64,000 bases of DNA from Eledone cirrhosa (taxonomy: Eukaryota). The DNA lies in contig OZ024740.1 of NCBI GenBank assembly GCA_964016885.1, forward strand, positions 362,266,001 to 362,330,000, given 5' to 3'. The translations under genes and the position numbers were made by a program. This document shows, piece after piece, positions 25,701 through 38,968 of this stretch; position 1 is the stretch's first letter, and every line of letters begins with the position of its first letter. The notes under the pieces are model-generated. The model made no database searches and was not told the DNA's origin. It saw only the letters and a program-made list of their open reading frames with translations.

Positions 25701-26510
25701 TCAAGTGATATAGAAACACAGAAATATGACACTTATACAAAACAAATGTAACCATTCTACATCTCGTTTGTACATTACCCTATGTACTATACATACACCT
25801 TTTGATGAGTTGTAGTGCACCTGAGCACTGTACACAATATTTCATTATTATTATTATTACCAGTATTTTTTCGAATATCTCCCTTTCTGACATTAATCTT
25901 TTTTCTTGCAATATACTTTTTACTCAGTCAGATATCCACTTTAGAGCTACCTATACAGCAGTGGATTAAGATGATGGCTGAGATGGGGTGGTGGCTACCT
26001 GTGCTACACAACATTTAAAGGGTCCCAAATTGAAGTTTTTTCCACCATAAATAATATATTACTAGATGAACTTGTGGAAATTCCACAGTTTAATTAAAAA
26101 CAAGCATCAACTATTAATGGAATTTTTGATGTATGCACACAATTAATAAAATAATAAAATAAATTTAACAAATGCCTGAAATTTCATTTTAGCTCTCTCT
26201 CTCTCTCGCTCTCTCTCTCTTCCTCTTCTCTCTCTCTTTCCTTCTCTCTCTCTCTCCTTCTCTCTCTCTTTCTTTATTTCTCTCTCCACCCCTCTCTCTC
26301 TTTCTACACACACATAGACTTCCTCTTTTCATAAAGACATAAGAGAAAGAAGAAAACTGGCATTGTTGCCACCACTACTGCTGCACATGTTTACAATAAC
26401 CTGTCAAATAATAAAGATACTATAAACATTCGAATTAACAAACTCATTTTAAAATATTTTTTGCTAAATCATTACATGTAGGTAAGAGTTAACTAAAGTA
26501 TCTAACTTAC

Positions 26511-26600
26511 TTTTATTCGTAGTGTTCCTCTTAGACATGTGACAAATTCATTTGGATCAAGTCTCTGCTTGCACTGCTGAGTGATTTGAATTCTTCCTTG
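26511..26600 (-). CDS. Atypical soluble guanylyl cyclase, coding exon 9
   Basis: QGRIQITQQCKQRLDPNEFVTCLRGTLRIK with AG/GTAAGT borders, phase 0/0. Confidence 0.85.
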
Positions 26601-26614
26601 CTATAAGAATCAGA

Positions 26615-26670
<56 letters not shown>

Positions 26671-27944
26671 TAATATATATATATGTATATATGGAAGTAT
26701 ATATGAAAGCAATTAATTAATCTATGGTGGTTTTATTAACAACGTCCATATGCAAGAATATGTGAATATTGTTTACATTAATTATATTAAGATGGCACCA
26801 AATTTGCTGATTCATTAAGCATGTTGGATAAAAAGCTTTGTGGTATTTGTTCTGGTTCTCTGCACTCTGAGTTCAACCCTACTAAGGTCATTGATAACTT
26901 TGAAGGTCAATAAATAAAGTACCAGTTTAGTATTGTGATTGATTCTTCCTTCGTAACTCCTTTTCCTCTTTTGCTCTCTCATATGTAATATCCATGAAGA
27001 GTTAAGAGCCTCTGAGAGGATATGGCATTGCAAATTTTCTGTTAATCAACTTTTTCTGGACGTTTTAATGGAAGGCATTTGGCCTAGTCGTAAGGGTGTT
27101 AGTCTCTCAATTGTAAGTGTGTGGGTTCTATCCCAAGATTAGGCAGTGTCCTAAAGCAAAGAACTTTATTTCATGAGTTAAATGGGCTATCACATTCCAA
27201 AATTAGGATGGTTTCCATGGCTGGATAATCTTCCCGACACTTTGTCTGGAATGCTTTTGTGTGGTAAACCCCAGCTACTGTTTTACTTATTCGAGCTGAT
27301 TGGCAATATGCCATAATACAAAAGACCCATCCACCAGCACAAATACTACAACACAAAAAGTAAACATGGTGAGAGACAAGAGGCTATAGTTTTTGGCAAT
27401 CAGCAGAGAAAATGTAGAATCTGAGAGAAATCTTCAGTCTGGCTGAGCACATGACATCCTCTCCAGTGTTGGTGCCACAATGAAATGCTGCCAGTACTCT
27501 TTGTAAAATGGTAGTGCATGAAAACATACTCAATATACCCTGTAAGGTAGCTGGCAGCCCATCCAACCCATGCCAGCATGCAAAATGACTATAAAATAAG
27601 GATGATGATGATAGACTGAAACAACACTAAACACTGCCTGGTCTTTGGGAAATTCTGAGAGATTCAGCATGGCACAGTATGTAACAAGGCTGGCCCTTGT
27701 ATAATTCATTTTTTTTTAGCTTCATGGACTGGAGCTGTGTAATATAAAGTGCCTTGCTCAAGAAGACAGTGCGCTGCAAGGAATTTAAATCACAACCTTA
27801 TGATCATGAGTCAAACGACATATGCCTTCATATATATACACACACACACACACATGCGCGCGCGCGCACACACATACACACACACATACCTTTATATCCT
27901 AGCTAAAATTCTGTGATATTAACATTCTAGCATTCTATACTCAC

Positions 27945-28054
27945 CAGACTATTATGGTCCATTCTTGAAGCAGTATTTACAACATCGCCAAATAAACAGT
28001 ATTGATAATTCTTTAAACCCACAACACCTGCCACAACACTACCAAAATCCATTC
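27945..28054 (-). CDS. Atypical sGC coding exon 8 (cyclase domain)
   Basis: [37 protein letters not shown] with AG/GTGAGT borders. Confidence 0.92.
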
Positions 28055-28652
28055 CTTTATAGAGAAGAAAAATAAACCAAAAAGAAGAGGAAACATCCTT
28101 TAATAAATAGATGTACTTGGGTAGAAGGCAATTACCATATATATTCGTGTGAAAGTCAAATTTTTTAGACTGCATTATTTTTAGTTTAAATTTATAGAGT
28201 CAACTTTACATAGCTACTACTTCCAAGGGGTTGAAATTCACACTGTTATACCTAATACCACATCAATAAGCTAAAACTCAAATGGACTCTAAATGAATAA
28301 AAAAATAAATCAATGAATTATAGTCATAATACCAATGTTTCTGAGGATTGACAGGAAAAAAAGTATATTTTTTTAGGCTAATGTTATAGAGTTACATAAC
28401 TATTATTGAATAATATGCACATCAAAAGTTTTGCTCTTTGAGATGATCACAAAACAATGGATTAATTAACTGCCACACCTTGTTTTCCTTATTCCTTCAT
28501 TGTTTAACATCATATACATATCTATTCTAATAAAATACATTATTATATGACACGTTAGGATAGATTTGTTTGGGAAGTTGTAATTTGAGCTTGTGTGTGC
28601 TTTGATATCTTCCACCCTCACACAATGTCGACTAGATTTTTTAACCAGTCAG

Positions 28653-28721
<69 letters not shown>

Positions 28722-29129
28722 ATAAAGTCTATCTATCTATCTGTCTGTCTGTCTGTCAGTCTGCTTATTTATATACCTTCTTCCCTATCCACATACCTTA
28801 CTACCTGTCTACCTACATACCAACCAACCTACTTATCTAACTACATATCTCTCTTTCTATCTACCTGTTTAACTATCTGTTTGCTTGTCTATCTGTATAT
28901 CTTTCCATCTATTCTTCTGTCTGCCTTTCTTTCTGTTTGTCTGTCAATCTAAATAGATAGATGTATATTTACCAATGTATCTATCTTCAGTTGAGCACAA
29001 CACTAAGAACAAAAACAAAGCACAAATCCCAATAGTAGCTCTCACATCAATAAAAAAAATGCATACATATTCCACCACCGACTACATATTAATTTCTTTT
29101 TTTTTAAATAATCTATATTTTAAACTAAC

Positions 29130-29289
29130 CAATTTCAAAAGTAATGTTGTCATCAAATCCTTTGTTGGTTTCAGTGTTACAGCTATTGAGGATAGCTAGA
29201 GCACACCTAGCAATCTCGCTTGTATTATCAGGATTTCCATCAAGACCTCCAGCTATCAGACATAATCCATCATTTTCTTTGGTTTCCAC
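29130..29289 (-). CDS. Atypical sGC coding exon 7
   Basis: VETKENDGLCLIAGGL...EIARCALAIL...FEI with AG/GTTAGT borders, phase 0/1. Confidence 0.88.
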
Positions 29290-29487
29290 CTTCAAAAGAG
29301 TACACAAAAGGAAATGCATTAGCTAGAGAATTCACTTTGAAGTTATATGCACATCCTGCAATGATTTAGCAGAAAATATATACAAATATGGGTTCCTTAA
29401 TTCAAATGTTTATAGTAGCTTTACTGTCTTTAATTCGAATGTATATAGTATCTATACTATCGTAAAATGAGCAGTATTAGAATAAAG

Positions 29488-29518
<31 letters not shown>

Positions 29519-29539
29519 CTTCTCATAACTGGATCAGTT

Positions 29540-29830
29540 AGCTAGAATTTGCAGATGACATGGTAATACTTAACTTTGTGGTAAGTTATCTACCAACATG
29601 CACTTGAGAGGTTTACTGCCAGGAATGAAAATCAGTGCTGCAAACCCTGAGACACTTGTCCTCTCAAGGAAGACTGTGTAACCTGCTCTACATGTAAGTG
29701 TACTTCCACTAAAGCAGGTTCAAGTATTTTGGGCTGTTTTCATGAGTGATGGAAGGTAGGAGGCTGAATTAAATACAAGATTTGCATGAGCTGGTGCAAT
29801 AAACCACCAGCTTCAGTATCCAGTCATCAG
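29540..29830 (+). mobile_element. Degenerate LINE RT remnant
   Basis: LEFADDMVIL and FKYFG-like motifs with frameshifts. Confidence 0.55.
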
Positions 29831-30273
29831 AAGTTTACAAGGTTTCCATTTAGATGAAAATCTTCCAACATGATTTTATATGAGAATTCTATATTAAGTT
29901 GCTATCTTGTTAATGAAATAATTAACAATTTTAGTAATTATTCATTACTTAATTGAAATAGAATGTATTTCTTTAGAAAGAGTTTATATGTTTTCACAAG
30001 CTATGAAATAAAATGAACCTCAATAATGAGTATCTCAGTTGTTCAATCAATGGTACAACTATCATATGAAATTAATGTGCAAGTGGCTGAGTATTCCTCA
30101 GACATATGTACTCTTAACATTTTCTTGTCAGTTTAAACTACCCACACTAGCATGGAAAATGTACAAAAAAAGGATGATAATGATTATGATGATGATGAAA
30201 CTCAGTAACAGCATGATTGAAATAACACTACATATAAATAGATGAACAACCAATAACGATTCTCCTCTCTTAC

Positions 30274-30429
30274 CTTGAAAACATTATATTTACTGATGAT
30301 TTCATCAATCCATTCAAAAATTTGACATATGTTGCTCACAAATTCTTTAACATTTTTAGTTTTATTGATATCCACAAACCTACTGTATTGTGTGATGGAG
30401 CAAAACATCAGTGTCACATTCTCTATCGT
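30274..30429 (-). CDS. Atypical sGC coding exon 6 (start of cyclase domain)
   Basis: TIENVTLMFCSITQYSRF...FEWIDEIISKYNVFK with AG/GTAAGA borders. Confidence 0.88.
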
Positions 30430-30963
30430 CTACAACAAGAAAATATTTTTAACCTTTCAATGCATTTTAGAAAAAAAATAGGAATTACAATGTATATAAA
30501 AAAATATTCATTTAATCATAAATTAGTAGTACTGACACCACAATCAAACACACCCAGTACACTCTTGAAAGTGGTCATGCTGATGTCATAACATTACACA
30601 CTATAAAGTGGTAGTATTGGAGCTATGAAGACATTCAGTACACACTGAAAAGTGATAGTGCTGGTGCCACAATAAAACATGCCCAGCACAATCTGTAAAG
30701 TGGTAGTATTGGTGCCATGATACAACACACCCAGTACACTCTGTAAAGTGATAATGCACATATATTTCAGAGTTTTTGCCCTTCTTTAGCACATATATCT
30801 CTGTAGCTGGACTTGAGTAAGCTTAATAATGAGAAAGATAGATATATTACTAAATCATTCTACATTCTTGAATATTTCCAAAAGGGCTTGAAAATCAAAG
30901 ATGGTGTAGGAGGCAGTAGGACGTGATTTGAAAAAAATTTGGTTATTATTTCTAGCAGCCCAT

Positions 30964-32333
30964 TTGGGGTCCACCAGGGCTCTGTTCTTAGCCCCCTCCT
31001 GTTCATCATAGTCCTGCAGGCAATAACGGAGGAGTTTAAGACCGGATGCCCATGGGAACTCCTGTGTGCTGATGACCTCGCACTTATAGCTGAATCTATG
31101 GTAGAACTAGAGAAGAAATTCCAAACTTGGAAGCAGGGACTAGAAAGAAAGGGTCTCAAAGTCAACCTGACAAAGACTAAGGTCCTTGTAAGTAGACGAG
31201 AAAACAGAACCCAGATCCCCTCAGGGAAATGGCCTTGCTCAGTATGTAGGAAAGGTGTAGGTAGGAACTCCATTCTCTGCCCCAAATGCAAACAATGGGT
31301 ACACAAGAGATGTAGCGGGATCTCAGGAAGCTTAATTAAGAATGTAGGCTTCACATGCAGCAGCTGTGCTGGGACAGCAAGCAGCAAACAGCCACAGGAA
31401 ACAAGTACCACCAATCTCTGGGAGGGCTCTGTAGAAACAGTAGACAGCTTCTGCTACCTAGGTGACCAAATTAGCAGCGGAGGTGGGTGTTCAGAAAGTA
31501 CAATAACTAGGGTAAGAACGGGATGGAAGAAGTTTAGGGAACTACTACCACTGCTAGCTGCAAAAGGCTTCGTCCTCAAAATGAAAGGCAGACTGTATGA
31601 TGCGTGTATCTGAACAGCGATGTTGCATGGTAGTGAGACCTGGGCGCTGAAGGTGGAAGACTTACGTAGATTAGAGAGAAATGAAGCCTGCATGCTCCGA
31701 TGGATGTGTAACAGTAATATATGCGAACGAAAAAGCATAAATGAATTGAGAGAGAGACTGAGCATAAGAGGAATCAAATGCTGTGTGCAGGAGAGGCGGT
31801 TGCGTTGGTATGGACATGTGATGCGTATGAAGGATGACAGCTGCATAAAAAGGTGCAGAGCACTAGAAGTCGATGGAAACCGCGGAGTGGGGAGACCCAA
31901 GATGACCTGGGATGAGGTGATAAAAGCCGACCTTACCCAATTACATCTCTCAAAGGCGATGACACACGACCGTGACTTCTGGCGTCACGCAGTAATACAG
32001 AGTACCCGACCTCCCATGGGTACAAGCTAAAGCATATAGACAATATACCCCCACACCCCCCACTGCAAGGTGGTCGTGGAGGTGCCATGGCAAAAAAGCA
32101 CCCAGCCCACACTGTAAAGTGGATGTGTAGGCACCACGAAAAAGCACCCAGCACTCACTGTAAATGAGGTTGGTGTTAGGAAGGGCATCCAGCTGTAGAA
32201 ATCAAGCCAAATCAGTTCCTGTATGAGCAAGGCATGGTCAGCCGACCAGACACTGCTCACAACAGGACAACCCGTCTAACCCATGCTAGCGTGGAAGAAC
32301 GGACGTGAAACAGTGATGATGATGATGATGATG
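30964..32333 (+). mobile_element. 5'-truncated RTE LINE subfamily B, inactivated
   Basis: RT motifs as in subfamily A but diverged. YADD has become CADD, there is an in-frame TGA at 31611, and a (GAT)n tail. Confidence 0.95.
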
Positions 32334-33331
32334 TTCTCACCTAAGATATGTAGGTGGTACATATAGTTAATAACTTTAAATATATCACCATATAACTTAA
32401 GCTATTGTTAGTGTTGTTATTATCAATATTTCTTAAGAAATATTAATATTTTAAAATAATCAACCAAAGTAATATTTACATTGAGAAATAATTAATAGAT
32501 TTTATGATATAAATTGTTTTTCCATTATAATTTAAATATAAATTTGAAGTTATAATATTTCCAAAAACTTCTTTCTATATTAAGAAATTATGCTTTGTTT
32601 ACTGGCTTAACCAGAGGAAGAGCAGTAGCCATAATCCTTCTCAGAGACTGAGATTACTGGGAGGACAAGAGGAAAGAATTCTCAGAGTTTCTATTTACCA
32701 AGCTTTATTTACAAGGCTTTGTTCAACAGGATGATATGGTAGCAGGCACTTGTTCAAAGTATTATGTAGTGGAATTCAACTCCAAACCATAATTATTAAG
32801 TGAACTCCTTAACCACACAGCTATGATTGGGTCCATAACTAGATAGACAGTTAATGTTTGTTTACAATGTAGATGATACTGTAAATTCAGCCTGCCTCTC
32901 TGATCTTAATTTACCAACTCCAGAGAGATAAAATTACAAGTCAACTATGGCAGGATCAGAATACAGATTTATGAGTAGTAATGCAAAATTCAATGTTTTA
33001 CTAATTTTGCATACTTACAGTCATCTCTTTCAGTAATAATTAAATGTTGTGTATCTCCATTGTTTCCAATAACAAGAGTTCCAGTTGTTTGAAAAGAAGG
33101 ACAGTCTGCTTGGGAAATTATCATGCATGTGGCTGAGTATTCCACTGACACATAAACCCTTAATGTAGTTCTTAGGGAGATTGAACTTGACACAGTGTGT
33201 GAATTACAACTCATTTGTTCCATCTGAATAGACGGGGGCAACATGAAATAAATTGTCTTGCCCAAGAACACAATACATCGTCAGGAATTGAACATACAAT
33301 CCTAAGAATGATTTAGCACATGTTTACTCAC

Positions 33332-33478
33332 CTGCCATGTTTGATCTATTGGACAGCCTGCTTCAAGTTGCATGCAAATATTTTTGGGGAGGATAGAATA
33401 TAATAAATCTTTGCTAGCCTGTTGGTACTCTTTGGCTTTTTTCTTCACAATACTTGTTTTATTTATGTTTTGAATAGT
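33332..33478 (-). CDS. Atypical sGC coding exon 5 (coiled-coil/signalling helix)
   Basis: ...ASKDLLYSILPKNICMQLEAG... with CAG/GTGAGT borders. Confidence 0.9.
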
Positions 33479-34104
33479 CTGAAAGAATGAATAGAAAGAA
33501 TAGGTTTACCAAACGATACTTATTCCCATAACATATTCAGTCATAAGGACTCCATGATAAACTTAATATTCAAGAACCGATATATGTCCACTGGGAAATT
33601 TCAACCTAACCCAACAAACTGAATGAATATTCTTCTATTATACATTGCTTATTCAGTACCTGACTATGGTAATTATTAACAGTTAGTTGGAGTGATTTAC
33701 TGAGAATTAGGTACCTTTATTATTTTATAAAAACCATTTGCTCTTCATCTGATAGGTCAATTCTTCATTGATTTAGGTAGTTATGCCCCCTAATAAGTGT
33801 GAAGGCATTGCTCCTGTTCACTCAGTTGTAAGTCAAAGGGCCAGCTTTGTCACACATTATATTATAGTGAATCTCTCTGTGGATTAATGTTTTCCATTTG
33901 AACCAACCCCTAGATTTATAAATAATTTATATGTTTTCAGAAAAAGTTATAAATTTTGTTTACAATTTAATTTATATCTCAATCTCATCAATATTACATG
34001 AAATTTGTTTAGGAAATGATTATATGCATTTAAGTATTGAAAAGTATTCACTATAAACTAATGTTTTAAAAGATTTTATTTGGAAAGCATGGCCTAGATC
34101 AATC

Positions 34105-34410
34105 TCAGTATTTTAATATAGCTAATATCTGAGGTTGCTGATTGTGTCCTCCAATACTGATGGAACTAGTATGTTTTTCAAAGGATTCAGTCATTATGCA
34201 TTCCAAGAATATGTTGAAGATCATTGGTGACAGGAAACATCTCTGTTGAACTCCAACAGTTGTATGGAACCACTTCTCTATTTTGTTCTGAACAATAACT
34301 ATGCTAGTTATTTTCTCATCGAGTTGGCTAATGATTTCAGTTAGTTTCTTGCTTAATGCCATAACATGTCAAATGCATTTTTTAAAGTCTATGAAGGTAT
34401 GAAATAGCTG
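34105..34410 (-). mobile_element. RTE-type RT fragment
   Basis: FIDFKK and VGVQQRCFLSPMIFNIFLE motifs. Confidence 0.75.
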
Positions 34411-35023
34411 GATTTAAAAAAAAATACAATGTTGTCCAAACTCACCAGTAGTATAAAAGTGTGAGTAAATATCATGTTTACAAAGAAATGTATGAGCTTA
34501 GATACATATTTCTCATGGTTTTGGTTAAAAAAGTACTGTTCATGTACAGATACAAATTTGTAGTATAGTTCAGCTGTTTAGCGGACAATTTAAGATACAG
34601 TAAAACCAGCTAGCACTTTAAGCACTAAAATTATGTAAACCAGCAGCTACAGTTCACTGTTACTATGCCATTTAGTAATGTTTCTCGATGGATTGTGAAA
34701 GATGTAGGTAGCTTCTGAAGATGATATCAACGAAGTTCAAAACTCAATTCAAGATGTTAGTCTTTTTTGGTCTATAGAGAAGTGTAAAAATAAGACATGT
34801 TTACATATATAAGTATGTGTGTTTGTATACACTTTTCTCACAGCCTCAGTGAAATCCTTTGCTGTTTTGTGTACAGATATGTATTCATATTACACCTCAG
34901 CTGTTAAGTGCACAATTTAATATATAAAGCATACATATATATATATATATATATGCATACATATATATATATATATGCATATATATATATGCATACATAT
35001 ATATATGCATACATATATATATG

Positions 35024-35065
<42 letters not shown>

Positions 35066-35119
35066 TAGATATATTAAAACACTTGTATATTTTGGAAAAG
35101 TTAAATTTATATCATATAC

Positions 35120-35249
35120 CTGATCAAGAGTCAACTCCATGTTAGATGCATGCTGGTGACCGAACATTATCATATCACGACTGTTATCAATCATGCTCAA
35201 GTCGTTCAAATAGAGGCCTTTTGCTTGCAAGTCTTCCAAGTTTTCAATT
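35120..35249 (-). CDS. Atypical sGC coding exon 4 (HNOBA)
   Basis: [33 protein letters not shown], phase 2/0. Confidence 0.92.
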
Positions 35250-35570
35250 CTAATACAGAGAAATGTATATGATAATGTTCTGCATTTCTTGTGAGAGATA
35301 AATATCAGTGTTGATATTAATGCTGAAATTAATAGACATTTCTTTATGAATCAATTATTGATTCATCAGATCTTTGAAACTTAAGAACAACAAGTAGCAA
35401 TTACGATTTATTGGAAATAAACTATAATATGCACATTATTCTTCAAAGAATGAAACTTTATGTCAATGCTATCAACTGATCTAATATTTACAGAAATAAC
35501 ACCTGGAAACTATTGATAACCTTTTAATTATGAACCTGCCCAAAACAGCCTCTGTTAACTCTTAAAATCT

Positions 35571-35629
35571 TTTAATGCATAGAAACACATTACCAAGGCT
35601 TTCTTGATAATGTGTTTCTATGCATTAAA
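35571..35629. repeat. Short near-perfect palindrome
   Basis: TTTAATGCATAGAAACACATTA...TAATGTGTTTCTATGCATTAAA. Confidence 0.8.
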
Positions 35630-36360
35630 TGTGTTTCTTGGTAATATGTTTCCAATGCATCGCATTAAAAATTAAATTTGTTATTATAATACTCCAAAAT
35701 TTCACAAAGATCTTTAGTAAATTAGTAAAATTAACAAAGTCATTTTTAGATATTTTCTGCTAAATCATTATTACAAGATGGTAAGAGCTAAAATATTCAA
35801 ATTTAAATTGAAACCTTAGACTGAAATCACATTATTACATGACAAATAATATTAGATTTCAGTAGTTAAACATTTATCTTTCAAATCCCATTGCGGTTAA
35901 CTTTGCCTTTCATCCTTATTAATTGTTGATTATTTTGATAATTAAAACACAAATGCAGTATATTGTTGTTAGAGATGTGGTTGGTTACAACAGTGTTAAT
36001 ACATTCATTACAAAACTCCAAATTTAGAGAACTAGGCATCTCACCAGACTACAAGAAAAAGGGATATTAACCCATGAAAACATTTCCATATATTATACTG
36101 AGTTATTATAATTCAATTACACATATTTATATGGAGGTGTAAATATGGCTATGAAGTTAAGAAGTTGGTTTTGTAGTCTATCATGTAGGCCCCAAATCTT
36201 TCTAATATAGTCACACTCTATTATCCCAAGTATCGAGACTATCATGACATGTGACCTCTGATAAAAATAGTGGAAGACCACTATATGAGAAAAAACACGT
36301 TATGGTAGGTGAATTCAAAATGTGGAATTCCTACCAATATAGAACTCAACCAGTAAAGTG

Positions 36361-36395
<35 letters not shown>

Positions 36396-37566
36396 GTAAA
36401 GTGCATACATTTAATACTCATTATATAAACGATACAAAGAAATATGGAAAGCTCTAACTTTATACAGGTCACAATGCATCTAACCCATGCACACATGGAA
36501 AAATGGATGTTAAATGATGATGATAATGATGATGATGTATGTATGTCGCATGGTCGAGTTGTTGGCGACTAAACCAGCAACCCCACCAAATTTACTTGGT
36601 GAGGAGGGTGATTTTGGACCCCCAGGAGGACAAAAAACAAAACCTGCCAACGGCCATCCAAAAATGTGTAAATATGTATATACACATGTACATATGTATA
36701 TATATATATATGTATATGCGCAGGGACATAGAAATAGTCAGGTTGGATAGCCAATTGCGCAGTTAAACCACTGGGAGTGAAGGACCCCTAGCTTTTGTCA
36801 GGGCATTCTTCTAGGAGAAGGCAACTCAAGAAACTGGGATAACTCCGACATAAAACCTGCAGCTCAGTAGTTACCAATGATGTTGATCTTTTCTTCTTTT
36901 TGTGTTATAGCTACTGTCACTCAGAGAGTGGGATTGGCTCAGAGCACAGTCTTTCCTCACTTTAAAAAAAAATCTTCACGCACAGGCATTACACGATAGA
37001 ATTAATTAATAATTATTAATAATGGTATATCGTGCAATGGCCATACTCAAGTGTGTGGCTCTGTTTATTTCCATATATGCCTAGATGTTGACAGTTTGAA
37101 AAAAAAAATGTTGTTAGTTTATGTTGTGCTGCTTAACAGTTTCTCGAGGAAAGGTCAATAGGATAATTACCATACTGAAAACAAACAAGGGCTCATGTCA
37201 GAACAGGCTTCCCGCAATAGAATGCTGCTTTAAAACTTTGTATCCAACCCATGCCAACATGTAAAATTGGACATAAAAATAATGGTAATGATGACAATGA
37301 CAATGACGGTGATAATGATGAAGATGATTGTGTTGACAATCATCACAATAACAATGATGATGATGATAGTATTGGTAGGCATGATGATGATGATGATGAC
37401 AGTGATGATGATGAGGGTGATGATGACATTGGCAACAGCAATGATTAAATTAAGTAACAGCATAATTGAAATAACATTATATATAAACATGTAAATTGTG
37501 AACACAAAAAAAAATAATGGTGATGATGTTGATGATGTTGATGATATTTATACAGATTGTACTCAC

Positions 37567-37709
37567 AATGGGATACATAAAAAAACAATTAACTTGGTAC
37601 CAGGTAGTTCCTTCATTTCACCACGCAGAAGCATTTGAACTCTTTTATCTTCTGAATCAGGAGAACATATACATTCAAGTTCAAATACAACATGTTGGTA
37701 GGCAATAAT
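37567..37709 (-). CDS. Atypical sGC coding exon 3 (PAS/HNOBA)
   Basis: VVFELEC...LLRGEMKELPGTKLIVFLCIP with CAG/GTGAGT borders, phase 0/2. Confidence 0.9.
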
Positions 37710-38809
37710 CTGAACAGAGAAGAAAGAATGTATTACTCAAAATTCAATGAAGACAACCAAATGTTTAAGTTTTTTATATACATGGATGAATGGGTAAGAA
37801 GATTGCTTTGCATTAATTATGTCCCAGGTTCGATCCCAATGCCTGGCATATTGTACAGATGTCTAAAATTGGTTAAAGGGAAACTGTTTGGAAGCCTTTC
37901 AGAAGAACTGTACCTGTAATTAAAAGGTTGCCAGCCTTGTCATGCACTGTATCCCACTGAATCTCTCTGAAAATTATGTTAAGAGTACAAGAGTCTGTGG
38001 AATGCTCAGTCACTTGCACACTTATTTCATGAGCAGGCTCTTCCATTCATCAAACAATTGGAACACTCATCATCAAAACTGGCAGACGTCTTTCACCTAT
38101 AATATTTCTGCTTCATATATTAACATTTTTTTATACCGAACCACCTGAAATAGGCTGTGGTCGCATGATATGAAACTGTTTAAATTGTTCATATTTATTC
38201 GAAAAAACTTCTATCATAATTTCATGTGAGAACCTTTGTTAAATCATAATATAAACACAGGCTTAATAATGAAAAAGCTAGTTATATTGCTAAATTCCTT
38301 CAAATTTTTTTTATTATTTTCATATTTATTTGAAAATTACAAGCAATCTATTTTATGAGCACTTGAACACAATATGCCTCAGTGTTGCTGCTGCTTTCAG
38401 TGATAATCTGTTCAACCCACAGGACACTATACTCAGAGTTAAGTGAACCAATGAAGGAGTATTTATGTAATTGCTTGGTCTGCTAGAAATAGCAACAAAA
38501 TTTCCCTCATTTCACAACCTACTGTCTTCTAAAGGAAAATGACATAAATATACAATGCCTTGAAAATATGGCATGGATGACCAGGGGCAACACAACAACA
38601 GTAGCTTAGAGCAATTATTCTAAACAGTTGGGTACAGATCCCACGAGGGTACAATTTAAATATTGTTGGGAAATGGTATTTGGAAGGTGGGAGAAGGTAT
38701 TTTTAAATTTTACATTATAGCTTTTTAACACTAAACATGCTTCATATTAAATGGGAACATACAATATTTTATTCCTCTGTGTCAACATTTTGAAACAAAA
38801 CTAACTTAC

Positions 38810-38968
38810 CTTTTCATAGGTGAAAGAAGCAAAAAGTGGTCGGCGCAAAGTAAAGACATCTGAGAGAATTTTGTTTGTTAAATCTTCTTTACCAAACAAG
38901 AACTTCAAGTTGTTGCCAACTTGCCGAATAGTGAGATCTTGACTTATTACTAATGACATAGGAAATAC
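38810..38968 (-). CDS. Atypical sGC coding exon 2 (PAS)
   Basis: VFPMSLVISQDLTIRQVGNNL...FTLRRP with CAG/GTAAGT borders. Confidence 0.92.

Noticed and set aside
24990-25890. Candidate terminal sGC exons (KIANNIKTCL, NKKEVKTCLL, KGRYSKKYW)
   Set aside because: None has both a convincing acceptor and a clear GKG..TY-like match, so the exon is left unresolved.
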